Assembly (NCBI GenBank): GCA_964460615.1 | Contig: CAYWPX010000005.1 | Coordinates: 9,524 to 73,523, forward strand | Direction: 5' to 3' | Source: an uncultured Planctomycetia bacterium | Lineage (GTDB): Bacteria > Omnitrophota > Gorgyraeia > CAYWPX01 | DNA: 64,000 nucleotides | Part shown: piece after piece, positions 37,642 through 47,121 of the stretch | Layout: every line of letters starts with the position of its first letter | How positions within the stretch are numbered: position 1 is the first letter of the stretch | The notes under the pieces: generated by a model | Told to the model about the DNA's origin: nothing | Databases searched by the model: none | The model's input: the letters and a program-made list of their open reading frames with translations, nothing else | Made by a program: the position numbers and the translations under genes

Positions 37642-39594
37642 ATGCAAATATTCAAATATTTTCAGGATAAGGCATATATAATCAATCAGCTGCCAATTTT
37701 TTCTGATTTAAGCGATGATGAGAAGAAAATGGTAGCTGAATTATGCCAATTTTCTGAATATAAAAAAAATGAACTTATTTATAAGCAATCAAGCCCGCCT
37801 GACAAATTCTATCTCATTATAACCGGAAGGGTCGAGGTTTTCTCTTTTTCGAAAAACGGAAAAGAGGAACCTCTTGAATATTTAAGAAGAGGACAATTTT
37901 TCGGTATTATTTCACTCTTAATAGGCGAACCGCATTCTGTAAGCGCAAAGGCAATAAATGATTCTGTAATACTGACGATAGAAAAAGATAATTTTGATCT
38001 TATCCTTAAAAAAATACCCGGACTTTCTTTCTATTTCAGCCAATACTTATCAAGAAGATTAAAAAGAAAAGACCTTCATCCGAAATCTGTTTTTGAAAGC
38101 ACTATAATTGCGGTCTTTTCGCAAGATAGGCTTACCGGCAAAACTCTCTATTCGGTGAACCTGGCTCTCAGCCTTATCAAAGAATCCAACAAAAAGGTCA
38201 TCCTTGTCGATATGAGCCCTCAGGGGAATAAGATCTTTTCTATGCTCGGAGAACCCGCTCCTAAAGCCATAAATTTAAACAACAGCTTCTTTGATGAAAA
38301 AGCCATTAAAGAAAACCGAATATATCATAAGCTGGGAATCGATATATTAGGAATAGAATACTCTGAGCTTAAAAGCGAAGAGTCTTTTAAGATAGGGGCT
38401 CTCTTAAGCCTTTTGACAAACGAGTACCACTATATCATTCTTGATCTGCCCCATATTATCGATTCTACAATCTCAAAAACATTAGCACAATCTGATCTTA
38501 TACATATCATTACTGTTGCCGAAGAAGAATACCTCAAAAAAACCAATTCTATTATTAAAGAATTCAAAGAAAACCTGAAATCAAAAAGTGAGGATATCAA
38601 GGTAATAGTAAATGAATACGAACTTAAAAAATCTTTACCGCATTCAAAAAGGGCCGAAATACTTGGGCATCAGATTTACGCGACTCTCCCTGATATAGAG
38701 CTTCATCTTAGCTTCGACAAAGAAAAAATTGTTTTAGACTACCCGGAATCATCTTACGCAAAAGCTATTCGACGCATAGCCAGAGACATAAGCCATGTTT
38801 TGATCGGATTGGCACTGGGTTGCGGCGGAGCCATGGGATTAGCTGACATAGGAATACTAAAAGTCTTTGAAAGGGAAAAGATCCCCATTGATATGATCTC
38901 CGGGACAAGCATAGGAGCTATAATTGCGGGTTTCTGGGCGGCCGGATTCAATTCAAAAGACTTGGAGAACATATTTAGAAAACAGACCGGAAAATTTTCT
39001 ATGTTTGGGTTGATCGATCTTGTTTACCCTAAAAGCGGTTTCATAAAAGGCAAAAAAATTGAAAATTTTCTTAAAAAATACCTGGGTACCAAAACCTTTT
39101 ACGATACAAAATTGCCTCTCAAGATCATCGCTTGTGATTTAGTGAACCGCCAGGAAGTTGTACTAGACAAGGGAAGCCTCACTAGCGCAATACGCGCCAG
39201 CATAGCAATCCCGGGAGTAATACAACCTCTGGAGCTGGATGGAAGAATACTTGTTGACGGAGGGATCGTAAATCCGGTGCCGACAGATGTCCTGATCCAG
39301 TCAGGAGCCAGTAAGATAATATCCGTCAATTCACTTCCTGGTCCTGTAGCTAGTAAAAATCTCAGAAAAATTCGTTTTAAAGCGGGAATTTTTGACACGA
39401 TTGTGATCAGTATCCAGGCAACTGAATTCATTATAGGGGAAAGAAGTTGCGAAGATTCCGATATAGCTCTTAGGCCAATCCTTGATGAAGTTGAATGGTT
39501 TGAATTTAGCGAGATCGATAGGCTTATAAAACTTGGCGAAGAGACCGCAGAACAATTCCTTCCTCAAATTAGGCAGTTAAGCTTGGACCAATAA
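37642..39594 (+). CDS. Three-domain protein: N-terminal cyclic-nucleotide-binding (CAP-type) domain, middle degenerate ParA/MinD-like domain, C-terminal patatin-like phospholipase (NTE/RssA-like)
   Basis: cNMP domain (GRVEVFSF...RRGQFFGIISLL...SAKAIND). Middle region has a degenerate Walker-A-like segment SQDRLTGKTLYSVNLALSL. Patatin motifs GCGGAMGLADIG (oxyanion), GTSIG (GxSxG) and DGG. Confidence 0.7.
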   Translation: MQIFKYFQDKAYIINQLPIFSDLSDDEKKMVAELCQFSEYKKNELIYKQSSPPDKFYLIITGRVEVFSFSKNGKEEPLEYLRRGQFFGIISLLIGEPHSVSAKAINDSVILTIEKDNFDLILKKIPGLSFYFSQYLSRRLKRKDLHPKSVFESTIIAVFSQDRLTGKTLYSVNLALSLIKESNKKVILVDMSPQGNKIFSMLGEPAPKAINLNNSFFDEKAIKENRIYHKLGIDILGIEYSELKSEESFKIGALLSLLTNEYHYIILDLPHIIDSTISKTLAQSDLIHIITVAEEEYLKKTNSIIKEFKENLKSKSEDIKVIVNEYELKKSLPHSKRAEILGHQIYATLPDIELHLSFDKEKIVLDYPESSYAKAIRRIARDISHVLIGLALGCGGAMGLADIGILKVFEREKIPIDMISGTSIGAIIAGFWAAGFNSKDLENIFRKQTGKFSMFGLIDLVYPKSGFIKGKKIENFLKKYLGTKTFYDTKLPLKIIACDLVNRQEVVLDKGSLTSAIRASIAIPGVIQPLELDGRILVDGGIVNPVPTDVLIQSGASKIISVNSLPGPVASKNLRKIRFKAGIFDTIVISIQATEFIIGERSCEDSDIALRPILDEVEWFEFSEIDRLIKLGEETAEQFLPQIRQLSLDQ

Positions 39595-39633
39595 AGAGCT
39601 TTGAAATCAAATTATTAGGCTTTTAAATTAGCT

Positions 39634-39660
39634 TGATTAATTTACCCATTAATATATAAT
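39634..39660 (+). promoter_or_regulatory. Possible promoter TTGATT-N15-TATAAT overlapping a CCCATTA/TAATGGG hairpin
   Basis: Hexamers read directly. Spacer is short (15 nt). Confidence 0.25.
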
Positions 39661-39685
39661 AATGGGTGTCTAATATTTAGGGGAA

Positions 39686-40186
39686 ATGATGATATTATTT
39701 ATAGAATTATTGGTTATTCTGGTTTTAATGCTCATCTGGTTTTCGGTGAGTAGGGAGGAATCCCAAAAAATCAAAGATTCAATCTCCAAGGCTACTCTCA
39801 GGGAAATATGGGAAGGTACTGAAAGAAGGAGGTCTTTCAGATTGCCCGTATCTTTAGAAGTGCGGTATGTTATCGAGAAAAAAATACAAGCCAGTTTAAA
39901 AAGCAGGAGTAAAAATATTTCATCCGGCGGGATAATGCTTGAAGCTGAAGAGAAAATTTATCCGGGCACTCCGCTTAAATTAGAGATCATTCTGCTGGAT
40001 AATAAACCCCCTATCCAGACTGAAGCAGAGGTTATTTGGGTAGATGAAGCTAATGAATCCGATAATATCGAAAAAAGACACTTTAATATCGGAGCAAAGT
40101 TTATTTATTTAAATAATGCCAGCCTTAAACGCATAGATGAGTATGTAAAACAAAAAAGGGAAGATTCCAATGAAAGAGAGACGTAA
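39686..40186 (+). CDS. Membrane-anchored PilZ-domain protein
   Basis: TM helix, then RRSFRLPVSLEV (RxxxR) and NISSGGI (DxSxxG-like). Confidence 0.65.
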   Translation: MMILFIELLVILVLMLIWFSVSREESQKIKDSISKATLREIWEGTERRRSFRLPVSLEVRYVIEKKIQASLKSRSKNISSGGIMLEAEEKIYPGTPLKLEIILLDNKPPIQTEAEVIWVDEANESDNIEKRHFNIGAKFIYLNNASLKRIDEYVKQKREDSNERET

Positions 40187-40712
40187 ATTTAAACGTTTAG
40201 CCGTAGAAATACCCATTCAGTTGGAACCGGTTTTAAACAAAAAACAAGCTTCAACCACTGCGTATCTATTCAATTCAAAAAATATTGCTGAAGCGGGAAT
40301 GTTCCTTCATACTCCTATTAAATATAAAAAAAATCAGGCACTCGATTTTCTCATTAAACTTAGGAATGATTCTAACCCAATTCATCTGATAGGAAAAATT
40401 GTCTGGATAGCCAATAAAAAGGACCACCCATATCTCTATCCGGGAATTGGCATTAAATTCTCATTGATCAATGAGAATGATAAAAAAAGATTAAAAAAGT
40501 TCTTAAAGAGCCGCTTAGCCAGCTACAAAGATGCCAGAGAAATGAAGGATATGTACCTAAAACTAAAGAAAATGGCCGCAAGGCTTATTTCTTTGGAGGA
40601 AAAACATCCCACCGCATCTCAGTTTAAAATAATTATCGATAAGGCGATTTCGGAGATCGACAATGCCGCTCACACAATAGACAGAGAAATTATGGAGATC
40701 AAGAAGCTCTAA
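40170..40712 (+). CDS. PilZ-domain protein with C-terminal helical extension
   Basis: RRKFKRLAVEIP and NIAEAGM motifs. 17-nt overlap with the upstream gene. Confidence 0.65.
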   Translation: MKERRKFKRLAVEIPIQLEPVLNKKQASTTAYLFNSKNIAEAGMFLHTPIKYKKNQALDFLIKLRNDSNPIHLIGKIVWIANKKDHPYLYPGIGIKFSLINENDKKRLKKFLKSRLASYKDAREMKDMYLKLKKMAARLISLEEKHPTASQFKIIIDKAISEIDNAAHTIDREIMEIKKL

Positions 40713-40726
40713 AGGCTTTATAATAA

Positions 40727-41245
40727 ATGGGTACTATCAAAAAACCTCTTCCGGTTAAACTTATTGCTGGGCTTATCTACCATGATGAATCATTCCTAGA
40801 GTTGTCCAAAAAATTTCTTGTAAAAAAATTTGGACAGATTGATTTCGAAAGCGAAACCCTAAATTTTAATTATACAGATTATTACTCAAAAGAGATGGGT
40901 AATAATTTGCTAAGAAAATTTATTAGCTTCAAAAAACTTCTTATTCCCGAAGATTTTGATAGAATAAAGCTTTATACAAATAAAATTGAATCAAGACTAT
41001 CATGCAATGATAAGAGGCAGATCAATATTGATCCAGGATATCTGAATGACGCAAAACTCGTGCTATTGACCACTAAAGACTATTCGCATAGGATCTATCT
41101 TGGCCGCGGCATATATGCCGAAACAACTCTTGTTTACAAAAAAGGGAACTTTGAAGGCTATGATTGGACATATCCTGATTACAAAAAAGATTATATCAAT
41201 ATATTCACGGACATAAGAAAGATATTTTTATCACAAATACATTAA
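40727..41245 (+). CDS. DUF4416-like protein
   Basis: Pattern KKPLPVKLIAGLIY...INIDPGYL...LVLLTTKDYSHRIYLGRGIYAE recalls DUF4416. Assignment by recall only. Confidence 0.4.
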   Translation: MGTIKKPLPVKLIAGLIYHDESFLELSKKFLVKKFGQIDFESETLNFNYTDYYSKEMGNNLLRKFISFKKLLIPEDFDRIKLYTNKIESRLSCNDKRQINIDPGYLNDAKLVLLTTKDYSHRIYLGRGIYAETTLVYKKGNFEGYDWTYPDYKKDYINIFTDIRKIFLSQIH

Positions 41246-41246
41246 A

Positions 41247-41852
41247 ATGGGAAAAATTTTAAAGAAAAAAAGTATTATTGTTATAACCGTATCTTCAATA
41301 ACGCTCTCGATAGTGATCCTCTCGACTTTTGCGGGATTTTTTCTGTATGCAACTTGGAAAGAGAACGAGGGCGAAGAGTTGTATTTGGAAAAATTAGGCT
41401 CAGTATTGGCGCAAACATATTATAATAAGATTGTCATTACTGATTTAGAGGCAAAAATAAGCAAAACATACCCATATAAAGAAAAACCTGTTCTGAAGGG
41501 ATCCATTGAAAATTTGGGGAACTCTACTATTAAACATCTGGTCATAAAAGTCTACTTTCTTGATTTTAGAAATGACTCAATATATGATGTCGAATTTGAG
41601 CCGTTAAAATATATTTCAAAAAAAGAAGGTGTGGTTACTCCGTTTATTGAGATGCTTATCAGGGAAGACGAGGTCCCGTTGGGGGAAAACGAAAAGGCTG
41701 AATTTACTTATAGTCTGGAAAACTGCCCCCCGGAAATCGGCAAAATGATTGAAAACAACCAACTAAAACCTACTTTTGTCAAACACAGAATAAACAAGGA
41801 TTCGTGGTCAGGTAAATTGAAAACCAAGATATTAAGGATGAGATTTTTTTAA
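41247..41852 (+). CDS. Membrane-anchored hypothetical protein
   Basis: N-terminal TM helix. Soluble ~170-aa domain of unknown function. Tightly coupled to its neighbours. Confidence 0.4.
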   Translation: MGKILKKKSIIVITVSSITLSIVILSTFAGFFLYATWKENEGEELYLEKLGSVLAQTYYNKIVITDLEAKISKTYPYKEKPVLKGSIENLGNSTIKHLVIKVYFLDFRNDSIYDVEFEPLKYISKKEGVVTPFIEMLIREDEVPLGENEKAEFTYSLENCPPEIGKMIENNQLKPTFVKHRINKDSWSGKLKTKILRMRFF

Positions 41853-43522
41853 TGAAAAGAATTGCTTTTGTATTAATTACAGTCGCGAGCTTAATCGTTC
41901 TCATTTTCTTTGCCTCTTTTTATTTTGTAGATAGAGAGAAACGAAAAGTTTATTATTATAATATCTATAAAGATAATAACTTGATGGGCCATATTAAGCT
42001 TGAAAGATTCATTACTGAAGATAAAATTATTTATATCTCAACAAAAACTTTAGAATTCGAGCCATACCAAAAAAAAGTCAAATCAAAGCTTGTTATAGAT
42101 AAGTTTTCCCATGAATTCGAAGATTTTAGCGAAGAAGAAATTGAACTTGGAGCAAAAAAATTTTTAACACTGCAAAACAAAAAAAATAGAATAAGTTTTT
42201 TAAGCTCTGAAGATTCTGAATTTACTTATCTTGAAAATCATGAGATCACCAAGAAAATTAGCTTATTTAAAAAAGACAGCATCATAACTTTCCCTGAAAT
42301 TATAAAAAAGTTCAATCCTGAAAGAGGGCTTACTGCCGAGATAAATTGCTTAAACCAATTCTCCGGAACTTATCCTCCTATAGAAAAAATGTTCAGGATT
42401 TCGTTATCCAAAAATGAGATCTTCCGATATAACAATGCCAATGTAAGGACTAATCATCTTATTTTTCATCTTTACAACGATGAAGACATATCCGTATGGA
42501 CTTATGGCTGGCTTAACACTATCATATCCATTGAGATACCTAAAGAAGGCATCAAAATAAACCTGACTCGTAAACCCAGGCTTGACGAAGGCGTGGCTTA
42601 TAAAATAGAAAATAAAACCTACAATGAAACTGAAATAAAATTCAAAAATGGGAATATTGCCCTATATGGGTCGCTGACTACCACGAGAGACCCTAATAAG
42701 GTCCCTGCCGTGATACTGATAGCCGACAGAGGGATAATGGACAGGAACGGAAAAGGTTTATTTCTGACTTTGGCCGATTCCCTTTCAAAAAAAGGCATAA
42801 CAGTCCTTAGATACGATAAGCGTGGCGTCGGAAAAAGTGAGGGCGACTACTCGGCCACAAGTCTAAAAAATAGCCTGGGGGATATCAAGGCAGCTATAGA
42901 TTACTTATATACAATGGAATATATCGATCGGGACAAGATCGGTATAATCGGATGGGGATATGGCGGATACCTCGGGCTCAAATATGCTTCAAGCGATGAT
43001 AGGGTAAAATTTATGATATCCCTTAATAGCGAAGCATTTAATAGAACTAGCGACGAGAACTTTGAAAAACTTCAAAATTTTCTTGAAAATAAAATGGGCG
43101 ATATCAAAAGCTATTTTAATACTATAATAGACTCCTACAAACAAACCTTTGCTATTGCCAGATCTGATAAAGATTGGGCCAATCTAATAGGCAAAAAGGT
43201 TTATTTGGTCAGAACAAGGGAAAATCTTGAAAACAATTTTGACGAAAATTTGAAAAATCTTAATATCCCTGTTTTGATTCTGCATGGCAGGGAAGATACC
43301 GTCGTACCCGTTGAAGAGGCCGATATTTTACATAACAAGATCAGATCTTCCAACAGTATATTATGCGAACTCAAGCTATTTCATAAACTCGGACACAACC
43401 TAGGCGATTACCTATATGACGGACATCATCGTAAATATATTATCGTAAACCAAGAAGTTGTAGGCACAATAACGAATTATATTAATAAAATATCTGTTGA
43501 GGAATACAATACTCAAAAATAA
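41852..43522 (+). CDS. Membrane-anchored S9-like alpha/beta hydrolase-fold protein with the catalytic Ser replaced by Gly (probable pseudo-enzyme)
   Basis: C-terminal domain has the peptidase S9 nucleophile-elbow context GWGYGGY in place of GWSYGGY. Asp (REDTVV) and His (HKLGHN) positions are retained. N-terminal TM plus a ~300-aa unknown domain. Confidence 0.55.
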   Translation: MKRIAFVLITVASLIVLIFFASFYFVDREKRKVYYYNIYKDNNLMGHIKLERFITEDKIIYISTKTLEFEPYQKKVKSKLVIDKFSHEFEDFSEEEIELGAKKFLTLQNKKNRISFLSSEDSEFTYLENHEITKKISLFKKDSIITFPEIIKKFNPERGLTAEINCLNQFSGTYPPIEKMFRISLSKNEIFRYNNANVRTNHLIFHLYNDEDISVWTYGWLNTIISIEIPKEGIKINLTRKPRLDEGVAYKIENKTYNETEIKFKNGNIALYGSLTTTRDPNKVPAVILIADRGIMDRNGKGLFLTLADSLSKKGITVLRYDKRGVGKSEGDYSATSLKNSLGDIKAAIDYLYTMEYIDRDKIGIIGWGYGGYLGLKYASSDDRVKFMISLNSEAFNRTSDENFEKLQNFLENKMGDIKSYFNTIIDSYKQTFAIARSDKDWANLIGKKVYLVRTRENLENNFDENLKNLNIPVLILHGREDTVVPVEEADILHNKIRSSNSILCELKLFHKLGHNLGDYLYDGHHRKYIIVNQEVVGTITNYINKISVEEYNTQK

Positions 43523-43591
43523 TTTGAAATATTGAAATTCATGGTCTTTTGGTGTATATTATTACTTATATGCTAGCAAAAAGAGAGGGAT

Positions 43592-44101
43592 ATGAGTTTT
43601 GAATTATTAGGGTATTATTTAGTTTTTTGCAGTATTGTAATATTCGGTCTGGCAGTCTACTTTGTAATTATTAAATTTAAAAGGTTAACTGAAGACATTA
43701 ACCTGTATGGTAATCTTGCAGGAAATAGTTTTAAAAACCCTGATAAAAAAATTTTTAAAGAACGGCGTGTTTTTGAAAGATTAGGAATAGAGTTAGATGC
43801 TATCTTAAATATCCCGGAACAGAAAAATGTCTTTGAAGCTCAAACAAAAGACATAAGTTCGAGAGGGGTAGGGGTAAAATCTAGGATTTTCTTTCCTGAA
43901 AAAACTCATGTCGAAATAAACCTTATATTATCAAAAACCGACCAATTCGTAACCAAGGGAATGGTTGTTTGGTCTAAGGAAAATTATGATGGAATAAGTA
44001 ACCTTGGGATTAAATTTGATAATTTACTAACGAATGAAATGATCAGAGTTTATAAATACTTTGATGAACTAAAAAATTCAAATTCTAAATTAATAGGTTA
44101 A
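43592..44101 (+). CDS. Membrane-anchored PilZ-domain protein
   Basis: TM helix, then RRVFERLGIELD and DISSRGVGV motifs. Confidence 0.65.
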   Translation: MSFELLGYYLVFCSIVIFGLAVYFVIIKFKRLTEDINLYGNLAGNSFKNPDKKIFKERRVFERLGIELDAILNIPEQKNVFEAQTKDISSRGVGVKSRIFFPEKTHVEINLILSKTDQFVTKGMVVWSKENYDGISNLGIKFDNLLTNEMIRVYKYFDELKNSNSKLIG

Positions 44102-44117
44102 AAAAGGATAAGGCAAA

Positions 44118-44489
44118 ATGGTCAGACTCCCTGATGAAAAAAGAAGATATATTAGATTAGAAATGCCTATAAAGATTATTTATAATGCAAAAAATGACAA
44201 TCAAATGAAAGAATCTTTCTCTAAAGACATATCTGCTGAGGGTCTTAGGTTCATAGCAAGCAGCCCGATTAACCCTGGAGCCGAAATCGAGCTTAAAATT
44301 TCATTGCCTGATGCCACTAACCCGGTTCACATACAAGGCAAGACCGTTTGGTGCAGCAAAACAAATCAAGGCGATGAAATCTATGAAGTAGGAGTTGAGT
44401 TTGTAAAAATTGAGGAAGATAATAAAAATACTTTTTTAAAGTTTCTATGTGACACAATGTATAAACAAGCAAAAAAACTATCAGCTTAA
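44118..44489 (+). CDS. PilZ-domain protein
   Basis: RRYIRLEMPIKI and DISAEGLRF motifs. Confidence 0.65.
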   Translation: MVRLPDEKRRYIRLEMPIKIIYNAKNDNQMKESFSKDISAEGLRFIASSPINPGAEIELKISLPDATNPVHIQGKTVWCSKTNQGDEIYEVGVEFVKIEEDNKNTFLKFLCDTMYKQAKKLSA

Positions 44490-44503
44490 ATACGGAGTTA
44501 TTA

Positions 44504-44878
44504 ATGAAGAGATATTCGATTACCCAGATATTATTGATAATTACTTTTTTGTTTATATGCGGCTGTGCCAACAATCAAACATTTAATATCGCAGGTATTG
44601 AACCCTTGCAAATACCTAAAGATGTGGGAGACAACCCTCTGGGAACCACCGCTTTAAGGATTGGCATGACAAAGGATGAGGTCAAATCACTATGGGGACA
44701 ACCGGATTTTATTAACCCAATACCATCAACAGATGACGCATCCGGATCGATAAAAGAAGAATGGGTTTACAGGGCTAAGAAATATTCGCCAATCCCTGTT
44801 GATGTAGAATACTTATCTAACAACAAGCATCTGTTCTTTGATGGCCCTAATTTAACAAAAATAGCTGAGGATAAGTAA
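44504..44878 (+). CDS. Hypothetical lipoprotein
   Basis: Lipobox FICGCA. No domain recognised. Confidence 0.4.
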   Translation: MKRYSITQILLIITFLFICGCANNQTFNIAGIEPLQIPKDVGDNPLGTTALRIGMTKDEVKSLWGQPDFINPIPSTDDASGSIKEEWVYRAKKYSPIPVDVEYLSNNKHLFFDGPNLTKIAEDK

Positions 44879-44894
44879 GGATCATACCTGATAT

Positions 44895-45095
44895 ATGAAA
44901 AAAAAATTCCCATTATATCTTGCTTGCGTGCTTGTGCCTCAAATTATGATTATTTTGGGGGTTATATATTTATCAAAATCTGATAAAAACTTAAAAAAAA
45001 CCGGCCTTAGGATATCTCAATTAAGCTTAGCTGTTATGATCATCGGTTCTTTTTTTTACTACCTTTTTTTTACCCCATTATTTGGTTTAGATTGA
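44895..45095 (+). CDS. Small membrane protein (two TM helices)
   Basis: ORF and hydrophobicity only. Confidence 0.3.
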   Translation: MKKKFPLYLACVLVPQIMIILGVIYLSKSDKNLKKTGLRISQLSLAVMIIGSFFYYLFFTPLFGLD

Positions 45096-45113
45096 GATGA
45101 TAGAGAATTTATT

Positions 45114-45596
45114 ATGAAAATTTTACCTTTAAAAAAATATCCAAACAAAGTATTGTCTAAAAAAAATTTAATTGTTGAAAAAATCACTCCGGATGAATTG
45201 AAACTATTGAATGATATGGCGGCTACCATGTATGCCAGCTACGGCATAGGACTTGCTGCGCCGCAGATAGGAGTAAATAAACAGCTTGCTGTTATTGACG
45301 TAGGCAATGGGTTGATCAAATTAATAAACCCCGTGATTATCAAAAAAATCGGTAGAGACTGTATGGAAGAAGGGTGTCTAAGTTTACCTTCTGGCTTCCA
45401 AGTTAAGGTTACTAGAGCCAAGGAGGTGCATGCAAAATATCTCAATGAATACGGTGAGCAGATTTTTGTAAAAGCTTCTGGCCTTTTAGCTAAGGCTATC
45501 CAGCATGAAGTTGACCATTTAATGGGTATATTGATAATAGACAAGGTAAACCCGGTAAAAAAGATCTTTATAATAAACAAGCTTTCCAAAACTTAA
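45114..45596 (+). CDS. def: Peptide deformylase
   Basis: GIGLAAPQIG, EGCLS and HEVDHL motifs. Confidence 0.9.
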   Translation: MKILPLKKYPNKVLSKKNLIVEKITPDELKLLNDMAATMYASYGIGLAAPQIGVNKQLAVIDVGNGLIKLINPVIIKKIGRDCMEEGCLSLPSGFQVKVTRAKEVHAKYLNEYGEQIFVKASGLLAKAIQHEVDHLMGILIIDKVNPVKKIFIINKLSKT

Positions 45597-45638
45597 TATT
45601 TGGCTAATATGCCAAACTAAATAGGAAGGAGTACTATA

Positions 45639-46073
45639 ATGAATAAGAATAGGGTGGTTTTACTAACATTAATAGTTTCTCTTGCTTTTAATCTTAGCGC
45701 ATTTGGTGCCGAAAAAAAAGCAGCTCCAACCGGCAAAAATGCCCCTGCGCAAGAAGCCCTCAAACCACAAAATACTGCACCTGCAATGCAACCACTAAAA
45801 ACCAACATTGCTTACGGTGAAGTCGTTTCTATTGATCTCAACAGTTCTGTTTTAACAATTAAAGACGCAACAGGTGCAACTGAAAGTTCTATCAGTTTTA
45901 CACCTTCAACAGGTGTTACAAAAATGACCGATGCTTCTGAAATCAAACAGGGAGATAAGATCAGAATAATTTATCAGGACAATGAGGGCAAAAAAGTAGC
46001 CAAAGCCATTATGTTCGGTAAGATCAGAACTGCGCCGGCAGCCCCTAAGCCAATGGAAACACCAAAAAAATAG
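45639..46073 (+). CDS. Secreted hypothetical protein with a Pro/Ala-rich N-terminus
   Basis: Signal peptide and low-complexity linker. No domain recognised. Confidence 0.4.
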   Translation: MNKNRVVLLTLIVSLAFNLSAFGAEKKAAPTGKNAPAQEALKPQNTAPAMQPLKTNIAYGEVVSIDLNSSVLTIKDATGATESSISFTPSTGVTKMTDASEIKQGDKIRIIYQDNEGKKVAKAIMFGKIRTAPAAPKPMETPKK

Positions 46074-46165
46074 CTTGACTTAAAGCATTACTTATGATAA
46101 ACTACCTGTATTATTAAAGTTAAGTAAAACACAATGAAAAGAATTAAACTAAATAGCTAGCTTTT

Positions 46166-46203
46166 GCCATCTAAATCTTAACAAGATTTAGATGGCTTTT
46201 TTT
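46166..46203 (+). terminator. Rho-independent terminator
   Basis: Perfect hairpin GCCATCTAAATCTT-aaca-AGATTTAGATGGC followed by TTTTTTT. Confidence 0.7.
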
Positions 46204-46322
46204 CATATTTTAAAATTTTTAAGGAAGTAAGCAGGCCAGTCCTTAATACAATTAATAGGCCTGTAGTAAAGCGACTGAATTACGCCATGTATTTAAGTCG
46301 TTGACTAAAAAGGAGGAAGTTA

Positions 46323-46526
46323 ATGGCAACGGGAACAGTAAAATGGTTTAGCGACCAAAAAGGGTATGGTTTTATTACGCCTGACGGCGGCGGCAAAGAT
46401 CTTTTCGTCCATCACACAGCCATTGAAGGCGAAGGTTTCAGAACCTTAAAAGAGGGACAAAAAGTACAATACGAAGTAACTCAAGGGGCTAAGGGAGAAC
46501 AGGCCACCAAAGTTACTAAAGTCTAA
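46323..46526 (+). CDS. Cold-shock protein (CspA family)
   Basis: [18 protein letters not shown]...DLFVHHTAI, with RNP1/RNP2 motifs. Confidence 0.9.
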   Translation: MATGTVKWFSDQKGYGFITPDGGGKDLFVHHTAIEGEGFRTLKEGQKVQYEVTQGAKGEQATKVTKV

Positions 46527-46542
46527 TATCTTGATTAAATCA

Positions 46543-46585
46543 ATACCTTTGTGTATTTACCTTAATACACAAAGGTATTTTTTTA
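46543..46585 (+). terminator. Rho-independent terminator after csp
   Basis: ATACCTTTGTGTATT-tacctta-AATACACAAAGGTAT followed by TTTTTTT. Confidence 0.7.
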
Positions 46586-46674
46586 ACATGTTATTTAGAT
46601 TTTAATTTTATCATTGCGAAATTATTTATTTTGAGTTAAAATACTATAAATAAAACTAAAGGGGGTGAATATTA

Positions 46675-47049
46675 ATGAAAAAAGTAATCATTGTTATTGC
46701 CATAATCCTATCATTTGCTTTTATTGCTTCAACAGCAATGTGTGAAAACGGGAAGCCTGCGGAAGGGAAGAAAAGTTTTACGCAATGGCTTAGAGATGTA
46801 CTTCATTATCCTACAAAAGTAACAAATAAGACATCTGAAGTAGTCGCTGATTCCGCAAAGAAAACTGTTGATACAGCCGCACAAACTGTTGACACTACCA
46901 CCAATGTATTAACAGGTGAAGTGAAAGAAGCCGATAAGATTATAATGACTCCGGCTCAAGGCGCTGCTGATGTTATTACAGAAACTACCGAAGGTGTTGT
47001 AACGGCTCCTGTTGATGCTGCTAAGCAGTTAGAAACAACGACACAATAA
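46675..47049 (+). CDS. Secreted hypothetical protein with Thr/Val/Ala-rich repeats
   Basis: Signal peptide. Repetitive TAAQTVDTTTNV-like segments. Confidence 0.4.
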   Translation: MKKVIIVIAIILSFAFIASTAMCENGKPAEGKKSFTQWLRDVLHYPTKVTNKTSEVVADSAKKTVDTAAQTVDTTTNVLTGEVKEADKIIMTPAQGAADVITETTEGVVTAPVDAAKQLETTTQ

Positions 47050-47059
47050 TATTTACTCA

Positions 47060-47109
47060 AAAAAAGAGCCATATTGTGCTATGGATATATACATTATGGC
47101 TCTTTTTTT
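47060..47109 (+). terminator. Rho-independent terminator
   Basis: AAAAAAGAGCCAT...ATGGCTCTTTTTTT hairpin. It lies inside the 5' part of track ORF 47074, so I moved that gene's start to 47122. Confidence 0.55.
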
Positions 47110-47121
47110 AGGCTAAAACAA

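Noticed and set aside
37642-39594. cNMP-binding + patatin protein as the effector of a Pycsar/CBASS-type anti-phage system
   Set aside because: No nucleotide cyclase (PycC/CD-NTase) or other defence-associated gene is adjacent. The neighbours are PilZ and RAM-domain proteins. The cNMP + patatin architecture is also consistent with housekeeping NTE/RssA-like lipases.
47074-47121. Upstream start (47074) for the STAS-PilZ gene
   Set aside because: The first 48 nt coincide with a strong intrinsic terminator hairpin for the upstream gene. MNLNVRE at 47122 is the plausible start.
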